From Paraphysomonas bandaiensis (taxonomy: Eukaryota > Protista > Chrysophyceae): DNA of 64,000 nucleotides. Position 1 is the stretch's first letter, and each line of letters opens with the position of its first letter. Made by a program: the position numbers and the translations under genes. The notes below the pieces were generated by a model. The model was not told where the DNA came from, did not search any database, and saw nothing but the letters and a program-made list of their open reading frames with translations. Location: NCBI GenBank assembly GCA_965644295.1, contig CBFFRP010000016.1:89900-153899 (forward strand), given 5' to 3'. Positions 1 through 12,065 of this stretch are shown piece after piece.

Positions 1-778
1 GAGAGGTACTGTGATACTGGTGAAACATAAGGCTGTGGTGACATTAAAGACATGTATTCACAATGGTGTGTAATATGACAGTAATTCATGGATTTGTTGA
101 TCGAAGAAGAGATGCAGAAGTATCGGATGACTGGCTTGCAAAATTTTAGAATGTGCTATTGTCTATAATGTTTCACTTGTTGTAGTCAATAAAATATATA
201 TCTGTGTAATTGAAGAACATTAAAACTTCAAGTGGAAGTATTTCTTTTTACACATGATGAGATAAGTATTTCTAATAATCTCTATTATGAATGAAAGTCA
301 GAGGATTGTTGTCGAGAGCTTATTCAATGCAAATATTTGTCGTCTAGTAGAAAATATTCTTAGAAATGTTCACCAGCTTACACCATATGTTCGAAGGCTT
401 GGAACTTTCATGCAGGTACATGTATTGCAATAGGAATTGATTTGCACACATCTTTATCGAAGCATATTTAGTGTACCAAGCACAAGATGCGACTAGGTGT
501 AAAGGACCCAGGGATAGGAAACAATATATATTCGTTTGAATAACTGGAACATTTTTCTCATATACTCTAAAATAATTGCATCGATACAGTAATATATTGA
601 ATCTTAAAAAAATTTAGTACTGAGATTTTAGCGGCAGGATAACGCTGGTTTATCTTTTCATATCTGCCTTCTAACTGGCGATTACGACGACTCCGCTCCT
701 TCTAATTTTGACGCTTACATCCTTACATCATACCCCGACGAGAAATAGCTACAGTATAAAACAGTACTAAGAATAATC

Positions 779-1205
779 TGGGGGATAAATAACTGAGATA
801 TTTCTCCTGGAAGCTAAGGTGAGCCGCATATATAGTCCGCAGATATTGTTCTGTTCACTCATAGCCAAATGCTTGTGTGGTATGTGGTGATACAAGGGAC
901 ACTAATAAGTGTGTCGTGCGTAGACGTCTTTGATCTTTGGGCCTTGATGAATAAACAGACATCCGGGAATGGACCCACCTCAAGGGCATCCGGGGTGTTG
1001 GGCTGCCTGCTGAAGCCAAGCATCCGGGCTGTTCACCTTAAGGACAGAGTGGGAGAGTGGTTGCACGGTGATGCTTGCGGTGACGAAACAAGCAGCTTTC
1101 GTAGCGCAAAATAATAGGATATCAGAGTTAAGCGCTAATTAGTTAAATTGTTTTGCTGCACTAGTTCTGAGTCTTACAATCCTATAGCTAATAGTCAGAT
1201 ATTCA
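779..1205 (+). repeat. Dispersed structured repeat family, copy 1
   Basis: Homologous to 12066-12505, 19069-19220, 23532-23720 and 41500-41825 (shared TAGGATATCAGAGTTAAGC...TAGTTCTGACTCTT block; CATCCGGG motifs). Ends are approximate. Confidence 0.85.
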
Positions 1206-1433
1206 CTATTCACTACTAGTACTAAGAATGCGATGTATTCCTTCTACCACAATGACGTCACAGCTTAACCGTGACTTTCCATGTCATAGAATGAACATAT
1301 ATTTTGCAATTGAGTTTAATAGAAGTAGTTCACTTTGGTAGTAGCCATATGCGAAAAGTTATGTAGACTACACCGTCATCAGTACATTATTGATGAAATA
1401 CGGCACAACCATCCCATCGTAATATTACGGCGC

Positions 1434-3043
1434 TTAATTTTCGGGTGAAGTGTTATTTCCTTTTGGTGGTGTGCGCTTTTCAACCGTTTCCTCAATTACC
1501 CACTTAAGGTAATCGGTACTCCCTCCTTTCACATCCACAGAAATAACTTCAGGAACATCATAAGAGTGTACCTCTTTTATAGCCGCAGTCGTCTCATCTA
1601 CTAGTTCTGAACTCGTCTGGAAATAGACCACGTGGATTAAATAGGGTAGAAGGTGTACACACTGTTACCTTTATGACCATCATTGCCTCGTCTCCTTCCT
1701 CCACTTGACCTTCCCACTCATACACGGACACGACTCTGGGCACAATATTTACACAAGCGGCAAGTTTCCTCTTAAGAAGATGCTTGGCTACAACTTTCGC
1801 TTCTTCAATGGACGGTGCGGTGCTCAATAGCACAGATACCTTGGGAGAGGACTCATCAGGTACATTAACACGTGAAGGCGAATTAAAAGCAGCCCATCTA
1901 GATTCCTAGATGAGCATTAAATTACCATTGACAGGACATGAGAGTGTGTGTGCAACCTGTGTGTTCGGGTTGTAGTAATAAGGGTAACCATCTGGGGATA
2001 CGTACAGGTCCCATTCACTGTCCGTTGTCACTGAAGGTTCACTCAACCGAACAAACTGTGAGCAAAAGAGTGAGATATGAAGTCAACTTCTCGTTAGGAT
2101 TACACCTGTTCCGCTCCAGGGTATTCAGGAAGATGTAAGTTGTACTTCTTAACCAACGCAGGAGGAACAAACCTACGTTATAGAATTAGCTAGAATATTA
2201 AAGTACATGATAGCATTATACCTCCCGCCGAGGTAGTGAACTCCTGTGTATGCCCGCATGCACTCCTTTGGAGCGGTCAGAGATATTACCGCTAGTTCAA
2301 TTCACAACACCACATTAAACGTCAAAGAAGACAACAAAGACGCACCTACCTGCAGGTGTAAAGCCAGTGTTGTGTATGTCACCATCGTCAACACTCCATC
2401 CCGATGGTACATCCACTGAAAGCACAGGAACTGGGCTGGACGCCATGGCAGTAATTAGTTCACCGTACGGAGGTTTGGCTGGTCCTTTGAATGAGAAACC
2501 AAAGAGAGCATCCACCACTGCATCGTACTGACTCAGAGAAGGAATCTCATTAATCACAGGAATGCCAAGATCCTTGCATTGAACCACAAGATTCTCAAAA
2601 ATAGGTGCCTTTCCCTGCTTCATGTATAAGATAGTAGGCTCCATTCCGAAGTGGTACAAATGACGTGCCGCCACTAGGCCGTCTCCGCCATTATTCCCGG
2701 GACCGCATACTATCAGCACTCTTTTCTTTTTCCCCGTATTTTTAACTATGAAATCACGAGTTGCTGCAGCGACACTCAAGCCAGCCAACTCCATCAGCTG
2801 ATCGATGCTGAATCCAGGGGAAGACATGAGCTGGACATCAATGTCCTTTGCTTGAGAGGCATCGAGATACGACAGAGTTGAGTCTGGAGATGCTGATGCC
2901 ATGAACGACATGCGAGGTATGAAGATGCTCATGAATGCACCTAAACGCAGTTTCGAGTTTGTCTTCTTAGTGAACCCCTGCGAGGATATCGCTGTAACAG
3001 CTGCGAGGGCTGTGATGGTTAGATTACGGTAAGATCTGAACAT
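1434..3043 (-). CDS. NAXE: NAD(P)H-hydrate epimerase (YjeF_N) - WW - CutA fusion protein, 6 exons (3043-2350, 2291-2222, 2172-2106, 2055-1957, 1905-1669, 1616-1434)
   Basis: Epimerase motifs GPGNNGGDGLVAARHL, DALFGFSF, SVDVPSGW, SLTAPK, HYLGGRFVP. Hand splicing at GT-AG sites keeps one frame through EWDLYVSPDGYPYYYNPNTQESRW (WW-like) into CutA motifs (LAACVNIVP, SVYEWEG, HSYDVPEVI). N-terminal extension resembles a targeting peptide. Confidence 0.85.
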
Positions 3044-3204
3044 TGTCAGTGCTAGCAATGAGCGGTAAATTAATGGAATAAAACTACTAGAGATTGATGC
3101 ACTATAAGCTACAAAACTTCATGTGCTGCTGTGTTCTTCACATTCCATTCTGCTGCTAGTGAAAGAATGCATCTAGATACAACATACGGCGTACTACTGC
3201 TCTA

Positions 3205-3290
3205 CGTATGTGTGTATGTATGTATGTATGTATGTATGTACGTATGTATGTATGTATGTATGTATGTATGTATGTATGTATGTATGTATG
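3205..3290. repeat. (TATG)n microsatellite between divergent genes
   Basis: Direct reading of the sequence. Confidence 0.98.
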
Positions 3291-3504
3291 TTTGTATTGT
3301 ACAGGAGTACAAGATGTAGAGTACACATCGGATACGACAATAAATGGTTGCAATGCCGAAACTAATCTGTACGGAAGTGAAGTGAGAAGACCACTTCGAG
3401 TGTTATGCTCCGCATCTTTGTCGCAGGGTCGGACAAGGATTGCTGAGTGTAGAGTAAACATGCGTTAGGATTTCTGGCTTCTTCTCGTAGTGATTGTTTG
3501 TTTG

Positions 3505-6500
3505 ATGTATTATATTATCATACTCTGCGCTTTACTCTGCAGCACTGTGTCTGGTTATAATGTGACGTCTGCTGATCGTGTGGTGTGGAGTTCTAATAGT
3601 TTTGGATGTGTGATTCATTCTCCCGGACTGTCTCCATCCTTCTATGTGTTGTCGTCTGCATACAACTGTACGACAGCAGCATGTTGGAGAATGGAATGTG
3701 TACATTCGAACTGCTCTGGTCAAATAAGGGACATTGAGTTATTTTCGGATGGGTCACGGGGCAATCGTAGTGTTATGTTCACAGAGTTTTTATCCGGAAT
3801 GCGTTTTGGTCTCCCATCGATTTCACCCTCGATGATTCACATTTCAGTGGGTGAGCGTGTTGTCTCTGTTTCCCAAGTTCATCAAATTCTAACTGGAAAG
3901 AGTACACTCCCGAGTGTTTATTGTCATCCTTCTTTTGACTCTATATCTACTCGTTTACCACTCAACGCTAACAATTCTTTGTTACGCACCCTTCGGTTAC
4001 CCAATGAGACGATCTGTGAAGACTGTCCATGCGTGCACTTCAGTGGTGAAGACAACAAGTGTTCTTTACGTCTAGTGTGCACAGAGGAAGTAAAGAGTAA
4101 TAATCGAGAAAACACCATGTTTTCATGTTGTCCTGGCCTTGTTAGTGAAGATACTCATTCAGTTGCTTCCCATTCGGCTCCTATTACTGCTACATTCAGC
4201 CCCGATGGCCTCTCGTTCTCAGTACATTTTGTATCTCAATATTTGATTCCAATGAGTTGGTTGGTATCAGATATTTCACATGAGTCCACAAAAAAATGGG
4301 GGCTTTCAACCGCACCCCCGTATGCTAATTGTCAAACTATTTTCTCTCCTGCTACGTATTCTCGGTTACTCCCTCCTAACTACCGTGTGACCAATACCTA
4401 CCCAGTGTGCAAGTGGATGGATGACACAGGAAATAGCGACGCCGTCGTTCTAATGGTGTATTTGCCAAATAATGCACTCATACGAGCAAGTGAATGGTTA
4501 GGATTCTCATTCAATGTGAATTTATCGACCACTGAAACTCGAGGAGGCGCTGTTAGCGAAGCTGTATTGGAACGAGAGTTGCTGAGTCGGTGGGTGGACA
4601 TAAAAAATAGATATGATTCGATTGCAGCTGCTGACCATGAGTCTATCATTTATGCCAGTAACCGCAGTAAATTAGTTGACAGCACTAAAGTTGGAAATAT
4701 ATCGTGGGTCATCAGTCTCTCTAGCTCTAGTAGAGCTCCAACGCGGGCGCCAACTGAACCCCCCAGTATTCGTCCTTCCACTGACCCCTCGTTATCTCCA
4801 TCCTACGTTCCATCTGAAACAAGTCCTAGCCTTTCACCAACACATGTTCTGCATAATGTATCAGCGTACCCGTTTTCTGAAGTCAATAGTTCTGAACATA
4901 TTGACGGAAATAGGACGTCTAATCGGCCCACAGCAGCAGTGCTGAATATGTCATCCACTGCTCAGGGTGCAGTTAATACCACTACCCTTGATATTACAGT
5001 TAATGATTACAATAGCAGCACACATAACAATGGTTCTTTCTTCTTTCTTTTACCTTATTACTCGTTGTCAGTTAATTACTCGACCGTTTTGCTTCCGCCG
5101 CCCTCCGGATGGGTCGAGCCAACACTCCTCCTTTTAGCACCGTCTGAGATTTATTCGCCTTGTTTGTCGTGGCCATGTAGTCAGGCCACCCCTGGAAATG
5201 AGTTGGTACTTGATGCGTCAGCATCATATGGAGGTGGTATTGTCGGATTGTCATTTTCATGGTTTGTCTCGTCTGTGTCATGTACCCAAGTGTCCACCAA
5301 ATGCCTCTACTCCACCGCTGTACTGGATAGTAATATGGCTGCAATTGAGAGTTATATACTGAGAAATTTCGGTGATAGTGACAGCATATTACGAATACCA
5401 TCGCGATTACTTCTCTCAAATACTCTCATCAGTTTACATATTTCACTGTCCAGCGAGCCGAGCAGAACATACGAGTCGACGTATGCAGACGTTGATGTCG
5501 TCATCACTGATCATGTATCGCCTACCGTGACAATTGATGCTTGTTATTTTCATTCAAACTCTAGTAAGATGCATAGAGACCCTCCTAATTTTGTTTTGAA
5601 CGGGCAGAAGACTCCAATTCAACGAAGTATTTTGTGGGATATGAATACCCTTGATCCTCTCCAACCCATCATTGACTTTCCTTTCAACTCCCTTCCGTTA
5701 TCCCATGATGTTCAGTTTTTTTGGGCTGTGTATGATTTCGTTGAGATAAATGCCTCAATGTATGAGAAGAATTCAGCGGCAAATAGTTCCAGTTCAGATG
5801 TAGAGAAATCAGCAACTTATGAAGTTTCACTGACAACAGAAAATAGAAGTGTGAATGGTCGACTGGTTTTCAGTAGTCGAAGTCGATTGTTGTCTATACC
5901 ACCAGGGCTTCTTGAGTGTGGCAGTGTGCTTGAGTGTTCTCCTCGTAATCAGAGTAGATACATTGTCACTTTGGCTGTTGATATGCATAGTCCAAGGGAC
6001 GTAAATCGTGCTGGCGAAACACCTGTTGTAGTTGCATGGCTGAATGTTTTGCCCCTTCGCGTTGCACCTCGTATTATAGGAGGTAGCCGATGCGTTCATT
6101 CTGACACTGCTGTTGTTCTTCAAAATGCTCAAATTAGTGGTATTGATGAGAGTAGGGTTTCATATGAATGGTCATGCTGGGTTGTCGATACACGAAATGC
6201 GGAGATTATGGAGGGTACGCAGTCAGGCCCGATTAATTTTCAAACTCAGTGCAGTACTGGGAACGAATTTTCTTCCATATCGAACGAAATAACATCAGCT
6301 GATATATCTCGCACAGCCAGCTGTACCCCGAGCCTCCGAATTGGGTGCGGCGGCCATAATATTACAACACGACGTCGAAAAAGAGTTCAGTCTACGAGCG
6401 ACTTCTTAATCTTAGAGCCATATAGCTTAGCTGAAGGTGTGCAGTATAAAATATGCCTTGGTTTGCGATTGGGGAGCAGTTCTAGTAACCATCACTGTGT

Positions 6501-9500
6501 GGGAGTGTATGTATATATTCCTGATTTTAGTGATAGTATTGAGTTACACTCCAATGCTAGTTTGCGAGAGAAATCTATTTTCCTAGGTCCCGCTGGCCCA
6601 CCTTCAATGAATGTTGACAGCCGCTTGAAAAGCTTTGCGCCATTTTTGATTCATGCTCCTTTTATTTTCGATATACGAAGGGGACGTCGGCCAACTGGTG
6701 GACATGCTGCTGAAATAAATAGCGAACATCCAGTGAGAGTGCTGGCCCTTATGCAGTCTGTGAACACCTCGTCGCCTGGAATGTATCGATTACCTATTTG
6801 CAGCACAATGTCAACCACGAACACTCCGAGTACGCAGTGGGGCATTTCTCAGATCCTGCCTAAAGTTCATGCTTTACATAAAAATGCACCTGCGAATGCG
6901 GTGGTGTATCTTCAGTCAACCCATTCAGGTCAGCTGTCGATTGCGAGAAATAGTTTCAGCGGTGGACTATCATTTGTATTATCTGTTACTGGTAAATGCC
7001 ATAGCAATGATATGCATGGTTTCGTTGAGCGGGGTTATGCTGAAATTAATGTTGTTGTCCGAACAGAACCCTGGGATGGAAGCTTAAATGTATTTCCTTC
7101 AACTGGGACGGCATTTGAAACAATGTTTTCTGTGCGACAAAGTGACTGGCTGGTCTCAAGCTACGATTCCGACTTACCATTGCAATTTTCCTTTCACTAC
7201 TCTTCGTCGCATATTTTGAATAAAATCAATCCTGACGCTGTATTAGAGAACTTTACTGCTTACTATCACCATGCTTCGAATGAACGTGGAGAACTGATAA
7301 TGCACCCCAATTCGATTTGTTTCCGAGACTGGATGCGAACGCCACACGCAACTCTGCGAGCTCCTCACTTACGACCCTCAGCTGTGGATATATCAAACCC
7401 ATACAATGGGTACGACAATCTCTGGAACGCATCTCTCTTCTCAAACTCATGTTCTATTATTGTTGTGTCTGGCTATGTCAGAACATACGCCGGTGGAATC
7501 GCTGTACGACATGCTGATATTAGTGTATGTCCCCCACCGATTGTGTCCACATCTGTAAATGCTATCACCGAAGCCAAGGTGTACTCCAAGAATCTATCTA
7601 CTATGGCAGCCCTGAAAGTTGTTCATGATTATACTGATAATATATCGACAACTGTACTGTCGAACTACATACGATCCCAGGACACATTGCAGTCGGTCTC
7701 AATGCTGCATTCACTAGCCTCTTTTATGAACACTTATTTACCCAAATCTCCGTGGGGTGTATTCAAGTCCTCATGCAGAAGACGCGAAATGAGAACCACT
7801 ATGATCGCACAGCTGGAGGTGGTAGCATCTTGGCAACTCACACGATCGAACGTCACCATCGAAAAAACAAACTTGGAATTCAATACGGTGGATTTCACAT
7901 ACATGCGACTTGTTCCTTTTGTATTCTCACAAGCATGCATAGAACTTGGTCTCTTCCCCCATGATATGAATGAAGTCGGAAAAAAAAGGCTACTGCGCTT
8001 AGTCTATGCCATAGTTAAGATGCGTTTGGCGGATGCACAACCAACGACAACTAGCCTAGGGTATTCTCGGGAGGAGAATTGTGTGAGTCTGTTTTATAGT
8101 CGGTATGCGTCGTCGGTATCCTATCTCCTAGCTACTCTCGACCATTCTGCCCCTCTGATAGTGAAGACTTATAACGATAGCACGAAATCGCCTATGAGAG
8201 AAATGCGAAGTAATGGATATGATATCAAGGGGTATATTCATGAACTTCCTGGAGCGAACCTCAGTCATGATACTCTGTACAAGCAATCGTTGTTGGGGTT
8301 GAGACAGATTTTGGTGGGTTGTTCGCTATTGGGTGACACGGTGGGAAGTGGGGTTGATCAGACTTTATATTCTCTTCCCTTACCACAGCCACAACTCCGC
8401 ACAAATACTCCAACTTTGAGTCCTACTTCACACACTAGTGGACCGTTTAACAATATGACACTGAATAGGCCTGACGATTCTCTACGGTACAATCAAAATA
8501 TTACAAGAAATTTTTCCAATAGCTCTTTTTTTGTTAACTTTACTTTAAACGAGCTCGTGAATTCTACTGCAGATGATTTTAGCTTATCGCCTACTCCTTC
8601 TCAGACGCCGTCGGTATATACGTCTTTGCAATCACAGGAGTTCGTTGAGTTTCTTTACGAGGGAGGAAGTCAAATTGCAGCTCTGAGACAGCCAGCATTC
8701 ATTGATATATCTCAGGCATCTGTTGTTGTGGGTGAAAACCAGAATTCTGGTGGTCCAGATGATATTGAATATCGTCCACCTGGATTTAGTGCGGAGAGCA
8801 GTATAGATCCTTCTACCCACTCGTTTTTACAACTTCCTTGTGAATCTTCGAATTCAGCTGATTGCTATTCCTCGTCATCGCTAATTACACGCTCGCGAAA
8901 AAGTCTTCATGCATTGTCACTGCATGAAGTGTTTGAATTGACAGCTTCTTCTGAAGGATATATCGATATATCTTTGTTTAATATCGCTCAGCGAGATGTC
9001 AGCGGACAGGAACTGTCAGCGTCTGACACATTTACTAGTAGGAGTACCTCTTCATCATGGGGAGAAAGAAACGAAGAGTACTTGGGCAGGTCGTGGATAC
9101 CTCATTCTGGTGACGATCGCGGTGTATCGGATGCTGTCATTGTTGAGTTTAAGACCTATGGCGACGACGTCGAACCTCTCTATAATCTATCACGACCAGT
9201 TGAGGTTGGAGTCAAAGTTTCTCGTCCAGACGTGCTCTGGAAGCTAGTGGTGATAGAAGATGAAGATTTATTCGATGGCGTGTCGAAACAATACAGGCCA
9301 CCTTATCTACGCTCTTCTGGCGCAAGTGTTGTAAATATTACTCGCGACAACGAATATTTAGAGGGATATTTGTCTTTTTCTCCTCGATGGGTTAGGTGCG
9401 AAATGTTCGACTCTGATAGTATGACTTGGGTGAAGCCTTCTTGGCTGGATGGATGGTGGTCACCTGACGTTGTTTCTTTCACAAGTCGGAAGGAGCTTGA

Positions 9501-10566
9501 GAGTGCTGCGGAGCAACACATGATGAGCTTTGGAAGCATGAATTCCGGAAGAAGATTAGATGAAAATGTCCGACAGAATGGTGAGAGTGTATATCTCGCC
9601 CTGAACAGCAGTGTTGATATGCTTCCGACGTCCCTTAGTTGTTTCGTGAATTCGCTGCCGGTGTCGTCGTACCAGCCATGGGATAATGGGACTGCTTTCT
9701 GGCTCCAATGGCGTGTTGTAGTTCAGTCATCTGACCCCTGTGGGGGATGCAGCGATCACGGTGTGTGTGTGTTGTTTCGTACTGCGCCCGTGTGTCTGTG
9801 TCAAAATAACTATCGTGGTCGTTTCTGCGATGAGTATGTTAGCACAAATAAGACTTCTAGTGACACCGAGAAGTGGCTTCTGTCGCGGTCTATTTCGTCA
9901 GGAGGCTTACGCGGCATTGGCTTGCTATCCGCTATACTCCTTGTTTGTTGTATTATATGCGGTGTGGGAAATAAGCTCTTTTATGCCCACCAGCAGGCGA
10001 TTCTATTCAACCCGCAGTATGACTTTGTTAGTCAGGATGATTCGGCTTTTACTTATCAGGGGGAAAACGTCCAGCCAGGGAGGGATATGTACAGTGCGGG
10101 TTGTGACGGCTGTATGTGCGTAGTATGCCAATGTACTCATTCTCAGAGTGGCCGACATGTAGACAGTAAGGAAGAAGACAGCGAGGGTTCAATGCGGTCT
10201 GTGTCGTTTCCTTCGGGTACGGGTGGACGGTCTTTGCTCTTCGACTCATTGAAGTACGCATTCCACGGAAGGGTAATGTACGACATCGCGTCGGATGACT
10301 GTGGAGACATAACTTCGCTCGGGGAATATACCAATGATAATGCGTCTCATATGTACGATGAATGGACCTTAGGAGTACCCATTCAGAACATTGAATCGAG
10401 GGAATTTTTCAATAGCCCATTTTCAAATGAACAGCAGCACAATGATGCAGATTTAAATTATAGCGATGCATGTGCACAAGACATTGAAGATTATGAACCG
10501 CGAGAGAGACGAGAAAATATTCCCGGCCTCAGATATCGTAGTAAAATATATGAGCGATGTTCATAA
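3505..10566 (+). CDS. Large single-pass membrane protein with PKD/REJ-like region and juxtamembrane EGF-like domain
   Basis: Intronless ORF of about 2350 aa. Signal peptide MYYIIILCALLCSTVSG, Pro/Thr/Ser linkers, REJ-like motifs (ELVLDASASY; GSLNVFPSTGTAFETMF...W), EGF pattern CSDHGVC...CLCQNNYRGRFC, then a hydrophobic helix. Confidence 0.75.
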   Translation: MYYIIILCALLCSTVSGYNVTSADRVVWSSNSFGCVIHSPGLSPSFYVLSSAYNCTTAACWRMECVHSNCSGQIRDIELFSDGSRGNRSVMFTEFLSGMRFGLPSISPSMIHISVGERVVSVSQVHQILTGKSTLPSVYCHPSFDSISTRLPLNANNSLLRTLRLPNETICEDCPCVHFSGEDNKCSLRLVCTEEVKSNNRENTMFSCCPGLVSEDTHSVASHSAPITATFSPDGLSFSVHFVSQYLIPMSWLVSDISHESTKKWGLSTAPPYANCQTIFSPATYSRLLPPNYRVTNTYPVCKWMDDTGNSDAVVLMVYLPNNALIRASEWLGFSFNVNLSTTETRGGAVSEAVLERELLSRWVDIKNRYDSIAAADHESIIYASNRSKLVDSTKVGNISWVISLSSSSRAPTRAPTEPPSIRPSTDPSLSPSYVPSETSPSLSPTHVLHNVSAYPFSEVNSSEHIDGNRTSNRPTAAVLNMSSTAQGAVNTTTLDITVNDYNSSTHNNGSFFFLLPYYSLSVNYSTVLLPPPSGWVEPTLLLLAPSEIYSPCLSWPCSQATPGNELVLDASASYGGGIVGLSFSWFVSSVSCTQVSTKCLYSTAVLDSNMAAIESYILRNFGDSDSILRIPSRLLLSNTLISLHISLSSEPSRTYESTYADVDVVITDHVSPTVTIDACYFHSNSSKMHRDPPNFVLNGQKTPIQRSILWDMNTLDPLQPIIDFPFNSLPLSHDVQFFWAVYDFVEINASMYEKNSAANSSSSDVEKSATYEVSLTTENRSVNGRLVFSSRSRLLSIPPGLLECGSVLECSPRNQSRYIVTLAVDMHSPRDVNRAGETPVVVAWLNVLPLRVAPRIIGGSRCVHSDTAVVLQNAQISGIDESRVSYEWSCWVVDTRNAEIMEGTQSGPINFQTQCSTGNEFSSISNEITSADISRTASCTPSLRIGCGGHNITTRRRKRVQSTSDFLILEPYSLAEGVQYKICLGLRLGSSSSNHHCVGVYVYIPDFSDSIELHSNASLREKSIFLGPAGPPSMNVDSRLKSFAPFLIHAPFIFDIRRGRRPTGGHAAEINSEHPVRVLALMQSVNTSSPGMYRLPICSTMSTTNTPSTQWGISQILPKVHALHKNAPANAVVYLQSTHSGQLSIARNSFSGGLSFVLSVTGKCHSNDMHGFVERGYAEINVVVRTEPWDGSLNVFPSTGTAFETMFSVRQSDWLVSSYDSDLPLQFSFHYSSSHILNKINPDAVLENFTAYYHHASNERGELIMHPNSICFRDWMRTPHATLRAPHLRPSAVDISNPYNGYDNLWNASLFSNSCSIIVVSGYVRTYAGGIAVRHADISVCPPPIVSTSVNAITEAKVYSKNLSTMAALKVVHDYTDNISTTVLSNYIRSQDTLQSVSMLHSLASFMNTYLPKSPWGVFKSSCRRREMRTTMIAQLEVVASWQLTRSNVTIEKTNLEFNTVDFTYMRLVPFVFSQACIELGLFPHDMNEVGKKRLLRLVYAIVKMRLADAQPTTTSLGYSREENCVSLFYSRYASSVSYLLATLDHSAPLIVKTYNDSTKSPMREMRSNGYDIKGYIHELPGANLSHDTLYKQSLLGLRQILVGCSLLGDTVGSGVDQTLYSLPLPQPQLRTNTPTLSPTSHTSGPFNNMTLNRPDDSLRYNQNITRNFSNSSFFVNFTLNELVNSTADDFSLSPTPSQTPSVYTSLQSQEFVEFLYEGGSQIAALRQPAFIDISQASVVVGENQNSGGPDDIEYRPPGFSAESSIDPSTHSFLQLPCESSNSADCYSSSSLITRSRKSLHALSLHEVFELTASSEGYIDISLFNIAQRDVSGQELSASDTFTSRSTSSSWGERNEEYLGRSWIPHSGDDRGVSDAVIVEFKTYGDDVEPLYNLSRPVEVGVKVSRPDVLWKLVVIEDEDLFDGVSKQYRPPYLRSSGASVVNITRDNEYLEGYLSFSPRWVRCEMFDSDSMTWVKPSWLDGWWSPDVVSFTSRKELESAAEQHMMSFGSMNSGRRLDENVRQNGESVYLALNSSVDMLPTSLSCFVNSLPVSSYQPWDNGTAFWLQWRVVVQSSDPCGGCSDHGVCVLFRTAPVCLCQNNYRGRFCDEYVSTNKTSSDTEKWLLSRSISSGGLRGIGLLSAILLVCCIICGVGNKLFYAHQQAILFNPQYDFVSQDDSAFTYQGENVQPGRDMYSAGCDGCMCVVCQCTHSQSGRHVDSKEEDSEGSMRSVSFPSGTGGRSLLFDSLKYAFHGRVMYDIASDDCGDITSLGEYTNDNASHMYDEWTLGVPIQNIESREFFNSPFSNEQQHNDADLNYSDACAQDIEDYEPRERRENIPGLRYRSKIYERCS

Positions 10567-12065
10567 TTGGAATTTTTGCTGTATGTTTATATTTTGTGTG
10601 TTTATATTTATTGCTGCTACGAGTATAGAAATATGTGGTGACTAGTGTTAGATTCAGTTTGCAGTCGCATGGTAAAGGCCCTTAATGCCATATTGCTGGG
10701 TAATAAGGAAGCGACTACATATTTTCATCGGATATGCAACAAGATTGGAATGGAATTAAATATTTAGCTTGACAATGATGCGGCTGTATTGTCCGTGTGT
10801 AGGTCGCTTCATAGAATCACACTGTGATGATATCCTGTGTCGGAACCATTGATTCACAGCTGCTGTTCTTTTGATCTAGTCCGAGTAGATGACTGAGTAG
10901 TAAGATTATGATGAATCCCATGTGATGGTAATTCCCTTAGATGTATTATGTGACACTCGGATGACTTAATGGACTCTATCCTAGTATGATCTTAATGGGT
11001 TATGTCCCTAAGAGGATATACCCTCCAGTGAACATGTTATTGATCCTGTTGCTAAAATGGGTCCTAGTCGCTAGTAGCCTCCTACAACTCCATAGGTCTC
11101 CCCTGTCGTCTGTAGTTATAACGTGAATGACTATATATCTAATATCTACCTCGCTAGGCTGAAAGCAACTTCTCATAGTTTAAGTATGATGTCCGATACT
11201 TACAACTGCTGCACTGTTACTTACGCATAGCGAAGTTAAACTTCCGAACGGAAAGCCTTCTTTCAGGATATTTAGCGCACGGGCGGCGATTTGCAAAATA
11301 TCGAAAAGTAATTCTGCTATAAAACATGGTATCTCAGAAGCTGGCATGATTCATCAACAGCACTGTGGCTTGTCTGGACCCCACATTCCTCATAATCAGA
11401 TGGTTGTTTTATTCAGCCCGTTCAAGATGATGCTCATCAGACCCCACTCTACTTCCATATGCTCAATAAGGCACTGTTAAAAACCTCGTCGTCCTGATAG
11501 CCCTTAACTTAAATCGTCGCGTTGCTTGTGTTGCAGGTTCTGATTGTAATCCGAATGATCTCTCTTCTAATTGTTATGGATGCGGATAACAACCATGACA
11601 TCTGTATGCTAAGGATCAGCTTCCTATACATAGTCCCAATGATGACGACCTTTAGAAAATTTTTATTGATATGATTGCTGACTCTACAACATACCGTAGA
11701 GATTTTTCCTCTGGCAGATTGACTTGTGCCGACCGAATAATGTATAGAAAACAGATATTGCTCTACCCACTCATAGCCACAACATGCTCTCTAATTGTGT
11801 TTTATTAAGTCAACAAGAATTAATAATTGGCACACACTGAATAAATTATAAGGAAAAACAATCAGATAGTAGGTTAGTACGGATATTCTACTCGATTAGG
11901 GTTATCTCGAACGCATGTATTGAATACATATGCTGCAAAGTGCTGTAGCAGCAGAGAGAGTCAAGTCTAAATTGCTACCTTACATTGAAGACAAGTCTAT
12001 GTACATTGAAGACAAGACTATCAGTATACCCTCAACAATATCGGACTCGCACCTTTTCGTGGTGT

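Noticed and set aside
975-1045. Resemblance to the LSU rRNA peptidyl-transferase region (CACCTC..CATCC..GCTGAAG..GGCTGTTC)
   Set aside because: Only short scattered words with inconsistent spacing; likely chance.
869-1114. Similar short ORFs at 869-1114 and 11930-12256
   Set aside because: The similarity comes from the shared non-coding repeat; frames are not conserved among the copies.
10600-11900. Possible decayed retroelement in this intergenic region (and in 1-760)
   Set aside because: No recognisable RT, RNase H or integrase motif and no termini found by eye.
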